From Octopus bimaculoides (Eukaryota), in assembly GCF_001194135.2 (NCBI RefSeq), contig NC_068993.1, positions 61,585,193 through 61,649,192 on the forward strand: a stretch of DNA of 64,000 nt, in the 5' to 3' direction. A program made the translations under genes and the position numbers. Position 1 is the first letter of the stretch. Every line of letters begins with the position of its first letter. The notes beneath the pieces were generated by a model. It did not search any database, was not told the DNA's origin, and saw only the letters and a program-made list of their open reading frames with translations. This document shows, one piece after another, positions 35,668 to 48,205 of the stretch.

Positions 35668-36160
35668 TACGAGGTGTATTCCAGAAGTTTTGAGACTTTG
35701 TTTTAGAAGTGATAGTTATATCTGTCCTAGCTTATTGTAATTTTAATATATTCTGACTCTAAAAAGGTTACATCTAATAAGGTTACCTGCCAACTTTAGT
35801 TCTTCTTGTTTGAATGAGATGGTTGTAACAGCACTTTCAACACACCTTACTAGACACTGCTTGTCACAGCTGACCAGTTCATGAAAGCCATTTAGAAGCT
35901 CCCTATGCAGTAAAGTTTTGTGTTAAACTTGGCAAAAAAATGCTACTGAAACTTATGAAATGCTCCAGACTGGTCATGGATTAACTTGAATGAGTCGAGG
36001 AGCATGTTTTATGCCAGCACAAGAGGCCAGACACAGCAAATTCATGGGGATCCCCTTTTCCGACAGAAAGGATATCGCCTACATCTGTTGGGCTCACTCA
36101 GACCAGACGGTCAACAAAGAGTATTTTGTGGTATTTTGTGGAATTCTGAACAGTTCTCTC
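35668..36160 (+). mobile_element. Degenerate mariner transposon (5' TIR plus HTH fragment) just upstream of gene C
   Basis: TA-CGAGGTGTATTCCAGAAGTT TIR; KFCVKLGK / ATETYEMLQ and QTVNKEYF fragments. Confidence 0.75.
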
Positions 36161-36422
36161 TGCTTCAAACTTATCTCTAATTCCAATGTTGGTCAGTCAC
36201 GAAAAATAAATAGATATGAAACTTTCCCATAAACTCCCATTGCACTTCGACAATATTTTCAAACGTTCAATAACATTTTAAAATAAATTTCATTAGTTCA
36301 AATCTGAGCCTGACTCTCTTCATTATTTTTAATGGCTTAAATCTAAAAAGAAACTAGAATTAACAACTTACTCTTTGTTAAACTGTGTATGTATAATTCT
36401 GAGCAACCCTGCATATTTGTTT

Positions 36423-36479
<57 letters not shown>

Positions 36480-36535
36480 GATATATATTATTAATTGATA
36501 GTAGGAGATGAATTTTGTATTAGACTTTTATTAGG

Positions 36536-36578
36536 TGCAACACACGTTTCGACCCATCAATCTGGGTCTCTTCAGGCA
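36536..36578 (-). ncRNA. Minimal type I hammerhead ribozyme motif with canonical core
   Basis: Minus strand: TGC-CTGAAGA-GACCCA(GATTGA)TGGGTC-GAAA-CGTGTG-T-T-GCA. Confidence 0.7.
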
Positions 36579-37852
36579 TATATTCGAACGTCTTAAATTT
36601 CCGCTACACTTTCCATATAGACTTCTTGTTTTCTCTGCAAGTTATTTCATTCGTCACCTCTTAACATATGTCAACGGAACTCAAGGGATGCAATTCTTGA
36701 AATTCTTGCAGCAACGTTCATGTAACAATCAAGGCAAAGTTGCGTTCTCTTCTGCATATGATTCGTGAAATATGTGCTTGTTTATATCACCAAACGTGTG
36801 TGCATTATTTGGATTGAGAGGTTCAGTAGAGACAACTTTGTCGATTAGTTGCCATGTGTTGTGATTTTTTTTCAGTTCTAAAAAGAAATTGCCAATAACC
36901 TCTTTTCTTGGAATTCACATGGGCCGTTACATTTCTATACACAGATTTGAAATTTGTAGATGTTGCTACCGCTCCAGTTTGGAAACTGGTGCATGTTATA
37001 CCAGAACATCTTTAGCTGTTCAATCTACAATTTTATCATAATTTCTTCCCATGTTAGATCGCAGGTAAATTTGAAAAATAATGTTAGTTTTTCCAAATTT
37101 TTTCACAAGAAGTAATAAATACTATAGATATAAAAATATTTGTCTCATACGCACAACAAAAAATTACTTTTTATCTTATTGTAATATTCTTATAAATACG
37201 AGTATGTATTGTGTATATCTAATGTAAAATATACACAATATATTATATAGTGGCACTTTATATAATCAAGATTCTGCTTTCATTATTGAGATGTGCCTCT
37301 CTGGCTGATATGAAGAAAACTTGGCTGCTATTACTTGTAGTTCGAGTAGCCACACAAAAGCTTTTACACTTGTGAATACGTTTGAGTACGTTATTAATAT
37401 TTTTGTAAGTTAATGATATTTTTGAATGTGAAAGCGAATTTAGTTTTGTGATAAGTTTTGTCCACATTTTATCGCTAAATATTAATGAAATTTTCCCGAT
37501 AATGAATGATTTGGTGACTTTTAAAAATTTCACAGTCATTGTATATTAATGAATAATTAAGGATTCAGGTGATTCGTCTCTCTTACAAACGGTTGAGTCG
37601 GCTGTTCTTCTGAGTGAATGTCTGTGTAAAATAGCTTATCTATTTAAAAAATAAATCATTTCAACTGATAGAATGATCAGTATTCAATAAATCGAAACAC
37701 CTTTACAGCAGAATTGCCATTTTCACTCTCTCAAGTCTTTAGTACATCTGCCGCCATTTTTATTACCGTTCTTTTTCTTCCTCTAGTCCCCACCGATTAA
37801 GAAAAAAGAACTTGAACAAAAGCAGAATACAGACCTTATCTTTCGAGACCGA

Positions 37853-38213
37853 CCACACGTCGCACAACTGACCCTGCAGAAGTTGAACGAATTGGGCAAC
37901 GAAACTTTGCCTCATCCGCCATACTCACCAGACCTCTCGCCTACCGACTACCACTTTTTCAAGCATATCGACAACTTCCTGCGTGAGAAATGCTTCAAAA
38001 ACCAAGACGATGCCAAACACGCCTTCAACGACTTCATCGCCACCGGAACGCAGGATTTCTACGCTAATGGCATAAATAAACTTGTTTTGCGTTGGCAAAA
38101 GTGTGGTGATTGTGATGGTATTTATTGCGATTAATAAAGTTTTGTTTGAGCTGAGATATGTGCATCTGAATTTAAAGGTTAAAAACCGTAAGAACTTTCT
38201 TGACAACCTAATA
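37853..38213 (+). mobile_element. 5'-truncated mariner (Hsmar1/cecropia-like) with 3' TIR
   Basis: ETLPHPPYSPDLSPTDYHFFKHIDNFL...GINKLVLRWQKC; 3' TIR aaaaccgtaagaactttcttgacaacctaa followed by TA. Confidence 0.9.
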
Positions 38214-38339
38214 GATGGTATACTTGATCTGTCTCTGATGAAACACATTCACCTGACACCTTGGCTGTGCGATAGAGGTATTATGAACATTGTCTTTCCT
38301 CTGGACTAAAAACTGAAAGGAATTCTGATCCTTCTAGAA

Positions 38340-38990
38340 GGTTTGGGCATGTTGCGCAATTCGGTCGACCATATTTCTTCACTTTTATGTCCGTTACTTT
38401 AGAAAGGGACAAAAATTCAAAATCAAATCTGACTTTACTTGTGCCTCAGAAAACCTGATTTATATTATAAGATGCTCGGGCTGCCACCAAAACTACATAG
38501 GGTCCACCGGATTATCGCTCAGACGCAGATGCACTCTGCACCGACAGCAGATTGCATTCCCAGAATACAGAGTGAACAAATTGAGAAATGCGCAAAATAA
38601 CTGCTACCACAATTTGTAATCTTTCCATTTTATCAATATGCCATTGGAACACCAACACAAGTTAGATTAAATAAGGAAACCTACTTCATCGAAAAATATA
38701 AGCCATTTCTAGCAATTTTAAATAAAGAAACTTACTCATTGAAAAAAATATAAAGCAAAACTTAACCACTTATAACATTCTGTTCTTTCTAAACCAAATC
38801 AGGTTAAATTAATAAAACTTAGTCATTCTCAACATTTTGATTATCTCCCTTATACCGAAAAAATCCCTGATTACCTTTCCCTGTCTGAAACTCTCATACT
38901 TCACACCATAGCGAAGAGATGACACAATATCGGTAAATAAATTTGAGAAATTTGAAAAGAAAATACGAAACCGGTTATTTCTACAAAAAC
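38340..38990 (+). mobile_element. Penelope-like element 3' portion: GIY-YIG endonuclease plus downstream hammerhead motif
   Basis: From 38404: KGQKFKIKSDFTCASENLIYIIRCSGCHQNYIGSTGLSLRRRCTLHRQQI; after a frameshift VIFPFYQ...RLNKETYFIEKYKP. Not shown in the supplied ORF track. Confidence 0.85.
38946..38982 (+). ncRNA. Minimal type I hammerhead ribozyme motif, U3-A8 variant
   Basis: AGAAAT-TTGAAAA-G(AAAATA)C-GAAA-CCGG-T-T-ATTTCT. Confidence 0.65.
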
Positions 38991-39094
38991 AATGTTACTT
39001 TACACAAAATTTATAACATTTTTCTAACAACGATTAAAATATATTCTTTAACCATATAATACAAGTCTTCTATAGTTTTCACACTCTATTTTGT

Positions 39095-39138
<44 letters not shown>

Positions 39139-39674
39139 CCCTCTCACGTTCATCATTTCTTTTCTTTTTTCTCGTATATTCCGCCAATACATTCTCAGTT
39201 GCTGCACATTCTTAAAACTGAACAACTTCAACTATAAATAGATGACTGTTTATGAACTGCTTAACTTTCATAAAAATTCAATCTCTTAACGCTTGCTGTG
39301 GTTTTCTTTTCTTTTTTTTTACTATCATCATAATCTTAATACAGTTGCTGTATTCCCTCTTTCTCTCTATATTATGATTCTTGTAACTTATATTTAGCTC
39401 AATTCTTGTCACAAGGGGGGCTGTATAAACAGCTACTGTGTGACAAGTAGCTGTTTGTGATGGTGTTCAAGTGTTTCGTCTTATCGTTTATTACTTTCAG
39501 CAGAAACTGTACTAATAAGAGAATAAACAGTATCTCATTCGCAACCAAAATATTTGTAGTTATTGCTGCTTAGCTGGAGTTTGTAAAAATATAAAAGTAG
39601 GCATTTGTAATATGACATGTTTTAGCTACAGCTTAATATCCATATTGTAATGTTATATTTGTTACATTGTTTAA

Positions 39675-39795
39675 TATGGGGTCGATAAATTAAGTACCAG
39701 TTACGCACTAGGGTCGATGCAATTGATTTAATTCCTTTGTCTGTCCTTGTTTGTCCCCTCTATGTTTAGCCCTTGTGGGCAATAAAAAAATAAGA
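39675..39795 (+). mobile_element. SINE family 1, 3' part (variant tail)
   Basis: ggggtcgataaattaagtaccagttacgcac...gcccttgtgggcaataaa; same tail as 46531-46630 (-). Confidence 0.7.
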
Positions 39796-39828
<33 letters not shown>

Positions 39829-40035
39829 TGTATTCCAACCAAATACTTTCAGTCACAGTCATCAACTGAGACGTAGTCCCGTCGTCAGATTAGAGTTGGC
39901 TCTGTTTCCAATATTCGGTGCTGATGAGATGATAACTGCTTCAAAATGCATATCTCAGTCAATCTGACCGCTCCAAACTGACCTGATGTGTTTACACCTT
40001 TTTGTCTTCGACAAAATACTGTGCATATCTTTGCG

Positions 40036-40149
40036 ACATATTCGAACGGGTAACAAGTTCGTATCTATCTATCTATCTATCTATCTATCTACCTACCTAT
40101 CTACCTATCTATCTATCTATATATGAACTTGTTACCAGTTCGAATATGT
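40036..40149. repeat. Inverted-repeat element enclosing an (ATCT/ACCT)n microsatellite
   Basis: acatattcgaacgggtaacaagttcgtat ... atatgaacttgttaccagttcgaatatgt: about 29-bp arms with 2 mismatches. Confidence 0.75.
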
Positions 40150-40451
40150 TTGTGAGATAAAGTTTGCTTTTTCCGCTTCCGCATTAACTAATTCTGAAAA
40201 GGATTCTATCATGAATGGAGACAGGTTCATGCTTTACAAAGAATGAATTCAGTCGAGGGCACATGGTCATAAACATCACATGGATTAGTAACGTTGGTTC
40301 ATTGATTCATTGATAGTTTAAAAGTCAACTTGAAGAGAATCCTTCTACACAAAAGTTATAAATTCTGTTCTGCATCTATTGAATCTAATTTCACCATGAA
40401 AGAATCATACAAAACTTTGATTTCTGGGAAAAGCTTTATTATTAGAAATAT

Positions 40452-40870
40452 AAGGTGGTGAGCTGGTAGAATCGTTAGCACGCCAGGGAAATGCTACCGG
40501 CATTTCGTCCGTCTCAACGTTCTGAGTTCAAATTTTGCAGAGGTCGACTTTTATCTTTTCAGGGTCGACGAAATAAGTACCAGTTGAGTACCGGAGGTTG
40601 ATGTCATGGACTAGCCCCCTCCCCCAAATTCCAGGCCTTGTGCCTGTAGTAGAAAGGATTATAAGAAATATAAATGAAGTGGCTTGCTGACAGAATCTTT
40701 AGAGCGCCGGACAATGTGCTTTGCTGCATTTCTTCTGGTTCTTTATGTCCTGAGTTCAAAACCCATCTTTTGAAGGGCGATAAACTAAGATACTATTCGA
40801 ACACCGGGTCGATCTAATCGACATACGTCTGCCCCTAAATATACTGGCCTTTTACTAAAATTTGAAGCAA
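40452..40870 (+). mobile_element. Two tandem SINE family 1 copies
   Basis: Heads at about 40453 and 40678; agaaatataa is repeated at the junctions. Confidence 0.8.
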
Positions 40871-40894
40871 CTTTTAGAAATATAAGTAGAGATC

Positions 40895-41270
40895 TGAGGG
40901 TAATTTTGAGTTTTCTGATGCAAGATTGAAGGAAATGCTTTTGCAGGCCTTCAGGTCAGATGATTGTCATTAATTGAGTCATATGTTAAAGGAAGTCTAA
41001 AGATCTGTGCGACAAAGTTTAAAATGTGTTTGGAAAACCATAAGACCGAAAACTATTCTAAAATAGGCGAACTTTTTGGATTTCTTATGCACCAACGAAC
41101 ATTGTCATTAAAGGTTCATTTTTTGTAATCTGAGTTGGATATTTCTCGGAAAATCTTGAGGCCGTAAATGATGAAATCGGTGAACATTTTTGTCACGATG
41201 TTGGAAAAGTGTTTTTTTGGTAACTGGGGCCTTATTATACTCACTAATTAATGCTTGACTTTTCAGAGAA
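40895..41270 (+). mobile_element. Degenerate DNA transposase fragment, Chapaev3-like (family assignment from memory)
   Basis: Fragments LENHKTENY, LSLKVHFL*SELD and NLEAVNDEIGEHFCHDV match the LGN-K--NY / MSLK-HFL-SHLDFF-ENLGAVSDE-GERFHQDI motif set. Confidence 0.55.
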
Positions 41271-41510
41271 ACGTTCCTGAGATAAAATACGGCAAAAATC
41301 AAACCAAGCTGCTCTGTAAATTAAATTTGTATCCCTTTGATCGTATTTTCAAAGACATGAGGCTATAGAAGTCTTTGCACTGCACGCTACACAAAAGCTG
41401 AAACATTGAAACGGTAGAGAAATGCTTAAAAATACTAAAAGTGCAAAGTATATTTTAAAGTATTAGGTGTTCTTCGAACATGAAAATATGCTGTTTTCTT
41501 ATTTCCGAGT

Positions 41511-41587
41511 TGTCACTATTAGAATTACTGTTACTATTAGAATTACTGTCACTATTAGAATTACTGTCACTATTAGTCCTACTGTCA
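41511..41587. repeat. 18-bp minisatellite, about 4 units (tgtcactattagaattac)
   Basis: Head-to-tail units with no spacers. Confidence 0.85.
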
Positions 41588-41889
41588 GCTTAACTGGAAA
41601 TATACTGAAAATGCAAACTTCAAAAAGATGCATAACGTTTTGTAGTATGTAGTGTTTCACTTCCAGGTCTTCAGGAAAGTAAGCCAGCCCAGCACTTTTA
41701 ATATCGCAAGCGAGCAGACTGTGAAGTGAATAGTTTTTGAGAAATACGATACTGACTAATAGAATATTATTCTCTCCCCTTTTGAGATAGTTCTTAATGT
41801 AATTTATTTTTGTTACTCTTACTAAGTGGATGTTTTCGACACTCAAAACATATCTACACTGATCTTAGCCAAGTTCTATCTCTTTTCTT

Positions 41890-42340
41890 CTGATGAACAG
41901 CGTATCAGTATCGCTGTCTTCTGTGGTAACTTGTAATCAATGTCTGAATCTTGCAGGTGTTAATATCTTCAGAATGAATATCCTCTACAGACCAGTCAAG
42001 TATCATACGTTTGACAAATGCATTGTGGGTTATTGTCTCGAGAAAGGAAAGCCGAGCTTTCAGCAGTGTCAATGCTATTGGTCAGGTATTTTGGAACCTT
42101 TCATTAGCAGCAACTAAGACAACAGATACTTTTATCGGTTCCAACATTATAGCTACTAGGAATGGAGAACAGGGTAGTATACTTTTCTATAATCAAGCCA
42201 TGCTACCACGAGATTTCCGTCGCGTTTTCTTATTCCCAAAATATATTTGCCAAGAGTTGTTCTGTACATGTATCTACAGTTCCTTCTGCTTATATTCTAT
42301 AATCATCTTTCTCGAGTCAGTTCTATCAGTTTTGAATGGA
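41890..42340 (-). mobile_element. Degenerate non-LTR reverse transcriptase fragment (R4/Dong-like)
   Basis: Minus strand TCTEQLL and KRDGNLVVAWLDYRKVYYPVLHS resemble G--EQLL and AW-DY-KA-DSVPHSW. Confidence 0.55.
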
Positions 42341-42859
42341 GGTGTATAGTAACTCAGCAACAGTGATGATGGCAGCGTCGGTTTGTTTATATTTCAATTG
42401 TTTTTTTTTCTTATAACATATTTTGGCTAGTTTTGAATGACTTAAAAAAAAACTGATTAGCATCAGTGGGATTGGAATAAGAACTGTTATCCGAGACAAA
42501 CATTTTTCGGCCAAAAGAAAATGCTAGTTATCAAAGCTTGTTTACCTTTGAAGTGGTTTAAGTTTGGGAGAGCTTTATCCTCGTGGCTTTCTAGTTGCTC
42601 CTAGCTATAATCATTTCCACTAAACTTTTCATATAACGACACTGTAGATCTTGATTTAAATAAAAAGGCCCAGGAAACTGAAAAAAATACGATGTCTTAG
42701 ACAGCAGAGAGCTTAGATAATATTTGTGTATTTGTGTGCGTGTGATAGAGTTTTAGTGAGAGGTACCAAATGCCACATTTTCAAAAGCTCTATCGCACAC
42801 ATAGATGGATAGATGATTCTCAAGGTAATTCCTCACAGCGAAGTCGTTTAAAACAAACT

Positions 42860-45800
42860 CTACAAATTATCCATATCTTCAAGTTTTTGAAGCAGATACA
42901 AATCCTTCGTTTCAGGCACTAATAAGATCAAGAATCCAGCAAGAGTTCCAATGAACCCATAGACACTGAGTGGTATCCAAGAGCCATATACATTGAGACC
43001 AATGATTATTGGTGCAATAAGACCACCAGCACGAGCGCATGATGAACCTACACCCATTCCAATGTTTCTGAAATACGCAAAAATAAAGAATATTTCACAT
43101 AAATGTAGATATAGATATCTAAAAATTTCAGAGTGTATTTAATACAAAAAAAGGCTGAGAAATAGATTGAGAGTGATATTGTGATTTTAAAGGATACGCA
43201 TTTCGAAGTACATTTACTAAAACATTGTTAAAACTCGGATCCATTAAGCTATAACTGGATATTTACATACCTCTGTTGTTAATATTTCCAAAGAGATGGT
43301 AAGGCGGCGAGTCGGCAGAGTCGTTAGCACACCGGGCGGAATGCGTAGCGGCATTTCGTTCCTCTTTACGTTATAAGTTCAAATTCCGCTGATGTCGACT
43401 TTGCCTTTCATCTTTTTGGGGTCGATAAAATAAGTGCCAGTTGAACATTAGAGGCTATGTAATCGACTTATTCCCTCCCTCGAAACTGCAGGCTTTGTGC
43501 CAAAATTTGAAGCCAATATTTCCAGAGATGTCGAGAAGACAAGGGGGAAATGACAAGCGAAATGTAAGCTGGGGAAATATACTAAAAAGTCATCTGCTAT
43601 AACAATCTGTGATATCCATCAACAAGAAATCGGATTTCCCGTAAGGTTGTCACTAATGATACGGTTTCTTAATGAGCTTCAAAACATTGGCCGATGGTAA
43701 CCTGATTAGATCACCCTGTCCTTATTTTGTACATGTACAGCTGCACAATTCCAGAGTATATAATCTCTATTTACACACAATGAAGTTATTTCTCTCCTGC
43801 ATACAATCATGACTCAGTTAATTATTGGGGCGCTGGGATATGTAGCACTCTGCCTAAATCACAATCTTGAGGAGTTAGTCTTCTCAAGACCTGAAAGGAG
43901 AAAGCTGATTGGAAGACTACAGAACCAAGTCATCACTGGAACTGTAAAAATCTGTAAAGCTTTCCAGAAGTTTATCATTTAAGTATATATAAGCATGTCT
44001 AGATATGCAACTATATACATAAGAATACATACCTAAAACAAAATATACAAATCTGCACGTATGCATACATACATACATACATACATACATACATGCCCTG
44101 TTGTTGATGTTGAAATTCCAATGAAGGAGCCGTGGATCTTGAAATAGACTGAATAACGATATACATACATACTCTAGACAGAACTCTAGTCAAAAGCATT
44201 TCCTCATGATCGTTCCACCTTCGAATACGAGGGTAAATGGACAGAAATGATACTCACCTTCTGCACATGCGCTAAAGAAGAAGCTTAACTTTGATGACAG
44301 TTTATTATTTTTTGTCTTTATATAAATATGTGCGTTTGTTTGTGGTTTATGTTTGCGGGTATGTGTATATTTGTATGCATGCAAAGACATACATGTTTGT
44401 GCAATATTTCATAGGGAATTATATCGGTACACTTCTATTGCCGAATCATTCCAAGTATACCAGAATGTAACTATTGAGAAATTCCTCTTCAAGGGGTTAA
44501 AATTATACACCTACCGTACTTCTGTTGGAAAAAGTTCTGCTGACGTCAGAAAAATACCGACAAATGCTGCCGTCCCGCCAAGCTTCCCGAGGACAGCTAA
44601 TATCAGAGGTAACCAAATGTTAACTGAAAAGAAATTGTATATACTGAGCATAAAGATATTTAACTTTTATTAATAGTAAAATAAGTTACGTTGTCGCGGA
44701 ATTATTTCACAGTGAATTGAAGAAATGGATTTTGTGTAGTTGGGATATTGTTTATGATCTTTGGGACTGATAGAAACAGCACACTCTCAAATATTTGAAA
44801 CATATACTGAAGTTGTTTTGTGCGTGACTATTAGAGAAAGAGAACAATTCGTGAGGCATCAAGTAATTACTGGGGATAAAGAGGATACCTAGGTTTAGGA
44901 GGCATTGTTATATAACTTTGTTTTGAAAGATGGTCAGAGATTGTATTGCCCCCAAATTTTAAGGATTTAATTACGAGCTTATCATGTGTTCAGACGATGT
45001 GCACAAAATGAAAGTTTTATGAGCATCGGTGAAAATGCCATACGAAATTTGTGTGTTTTATGGTGACTTTTTTCACAAAGGAGAGATTCCGTGTGATTTG
45101 GTAATAAGCATTATATGCTACAAAATTAATTAAAATATTGCAATGTTTTAATGGAATAAAGACAAACATTTAGCTGTAAATATATCAATGCACATCAATA
45201 TTGATATGAAAAAAAAAAACAGTACTGAAATGTTGAAATAAATGCATTAACGGAAATTTAGATGAAAATAATATCAGTAAGGGATTGAGAAAAGAACACT
45301 TGCACATAGGCTCAGATGTGATTCAGGGCGAAAACATGTAATTTCATGTAATTCGGGACGAAAGCATTAAACAAAACATACATCTGTGTAAGTCATTAAT
45401 ATCTGACGTAGCAGTTTCTACAATTAACGAAAGGATCCTGAAAATATTAGTATGAATTTCTTTCAAATCCTTGATCTAAGTGATAAATGTTCTCAGTCTA
45501 TATTAGATTCCACTCATCCATCAATTATCTCTGCCGTCTATTCACGGGAAAGTCGTGGGAGTAGAGACCTCAGTCACCTCCTCCACAGGGTCCTATCAGA
45601 AGCAACTGACATTACACATTCTTGTAATTCTATTATTCTGTAAAATAATGTTTAATTAGTTTAAATGTACACAAATGCATAAAAATAATTTTTAATTCCA
45701 TTAGACAATCTAAAATACTATTAAATTTCATTCAATTTTAAAAAAGGTAAAATCGGACAGAACTTATGGGATGACCTGATATTTAGCAACGAAAGCATGC

Positions 45801-46810
45801 AATGTTTGATACAACAGAATATTACCTTTAGACACAAAGTTTGAAACAATACAGTTAATTCCACCAAATATCAAGAAGAAGCAAAGCGGCTTACGATGAC
45901 CAAACCATTTAAAGGAAAAATATCCGAGAATGTTGCCTGGAATTTCCACGGCTGCCATCAGCAAGAAGTTCATGTAGCGATTTCCAGACATATCAACAGA
46001 TATTAGCGTCATTCCGAAGTAAATCATACTGCTGACCAACCTGTAATGAAATGGTAGCATTGACTGAAAAGTAACTTGGCTAAACGACTACGTTTGGTAG
46101 CCGGGTACATGTATATGCGATAGCGCGTAGTTATTAATAATCGTTTCAATCTTGACACAAAGTTAGTAGTTTTGAGAGGAAGTGGTAAGTCGGTTACAGC
46201 TATCCCAGTAATTGGCTGGTGTTTGTTTCATCGATCCTGAAAGAATAAAAGCCAAAGTCGATCTCGGCGGAGTTTCAACTCAGAACGTGAAGACGGTCAA
46301 ACTACCGCTAAGAATTTCGCTCGGGGTGATAACGATTCTTTTTTACTTTAGGTACAAGGCCCGAAATTTATGGGAAGGGGGCCAGTCGATTACATCGACC
46401 CCAGTTCGTAAATGGTACTTAATCTATCGACCCCAAAAAGATGAAAGGCAAAGTCGACCTCGGCGGAATTTGAACTCAGAACGTAAAGACAGATGAAATA
46501 CCACTAAGCATTTCGCCCGGCGTGCTAACGTTTCTTATTTCTTTATTGCCCACAATAGGCTAAACATAGAGGGGACAAACAAGGACAAACAAAGGGATTA
46601 AGCCGATTACATCGACCCCAGTGCGTAACTGGTACTTAATCTGTGCTCAATTGGTACTTAGTTCATAGACCACGAAAGGATGAAAGGCAAAGTCAAGCTC
46701 GGCTGAATTTGATCTCAGGACATAAGGCCGGAAGAAATGCCGCTAAGCATTTTAGCCGGCGCGGTAACGATCCTCCTAGTTTGCCACCTTAATAGTTATT
46801 AATATTAACT

Positions 46811-46850
<40 letters not shown>

Positions 46851-48131
46851 TACGATTTTTATTTTGAATATTCTTATAAATTTTACTATAGAATATTGTG
46901 ATACATTTACAATTTTTATGTGTAATACTGAACACAATATAATATTTACCAGTTAAACCAAAGGTTTGAAGAAATCTTTGCTCTTCGACGTGTTTTTAGC
47001 AAATCTATTGGAGTATAGGTTTTCCGATTCTTCTTTCCTGGATATTCATCAAATTTTGATTTGCTTTCTGCTTCTCTTTGAAGTTTCCTAACACGATTTA
47101 CAGTATCCTCATTATCTTTCTTATTTGTTCTTGCTATCCTGTTGAAGGACTCTTCAGCTTCTGAAGATCTCCCTTTACTAAGGATCCATCTTGGAGATTC
47201 GGGAAGATATCTGCAAAGTAAAAATCATTGAACGCCAATAAAATAACGAAGTTTCTTTTTTTTTTATGCAATTGAAAAACTGAAGTTATAAAATATAAAG
47301 TTTGAAATTGTGGCGTGATGCAATTTAGGAGAATTATGCCCACGACGTGTTTATTGTATGTAAGTAGTGTAAAATATATCGTTAAGTTGATAGTTGTCAT
47401 TAAATAGTATGTTTTCGGCATATTTATTCCATGTACAGATACTCACGAATGTATGAAGTTCTATCATAAACAAACACAGCAAACTGAAAATGTTAGGAAA
47501 TCTGATAACTTCACAAAAGAAGTGTGATATATGATTTGCAATATCGCACGCACGCACGCACACATATGTACAGGTCGTCGTCGACTTACGACCTATCCGA
47601 CTTACACCCGATTTTCGACGTTTGACTCGCCAGCTCCCGGCAGTAATAATAAATAGTCCAGGTAAAATCCAATGGGTTTAATTTCTTGGAAATTTCTTAG
47701 AAATTAACCCTTCTACGGATGATGTAAGCTAATAAACGCTTCCCCTAGGTTTGGTTATCGATCGCCACTGTGTCGGATGACTATCCTGTCGCGGAGACAT
47801 TGAGGCAACCTCGTATTTGTTTATAAGACAACTGCTTGAGACTCCGAAATTTTTGACTAACACCAGTATAATAGTATAATACAGAATGCTGTGTGTGACT
47901 TTTACCTGAGAATGTACCTTAATGTAAAAATATAAAACAAAGCTATGTAGACCTATAGGCCGACTCACGACCAGTCAGTCGGAACCAATTGTGGTCGTAA
48001 GTCGACGACGTCTTGTATATATATAGTTGAAATTTATTGAAAAACAAAAGACGAAGACAGGTATATGAACAACAAGCAAAAGTATCAGATTGACGCTCGG
48101 GAAAAGTGAAAAATGCCTTTTACGTTTCAAG

Positions 48132-48205
<74 letters not shown>

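Noticed and set aside
41511-41587. Short repeats superficially like a CRISPR array
   Set aside because: Head-to-tail 18-mers without unique spacers in a eukaryotic context; it is a minisatellite.
41890-41925. CTGATGA followed by a perfect 6-bp stem (ACAGCG/CGCTGT)
   Set aside because: No GAAA follows, and it sits at the edge of a decayed RT fragment; not a hammerhead.
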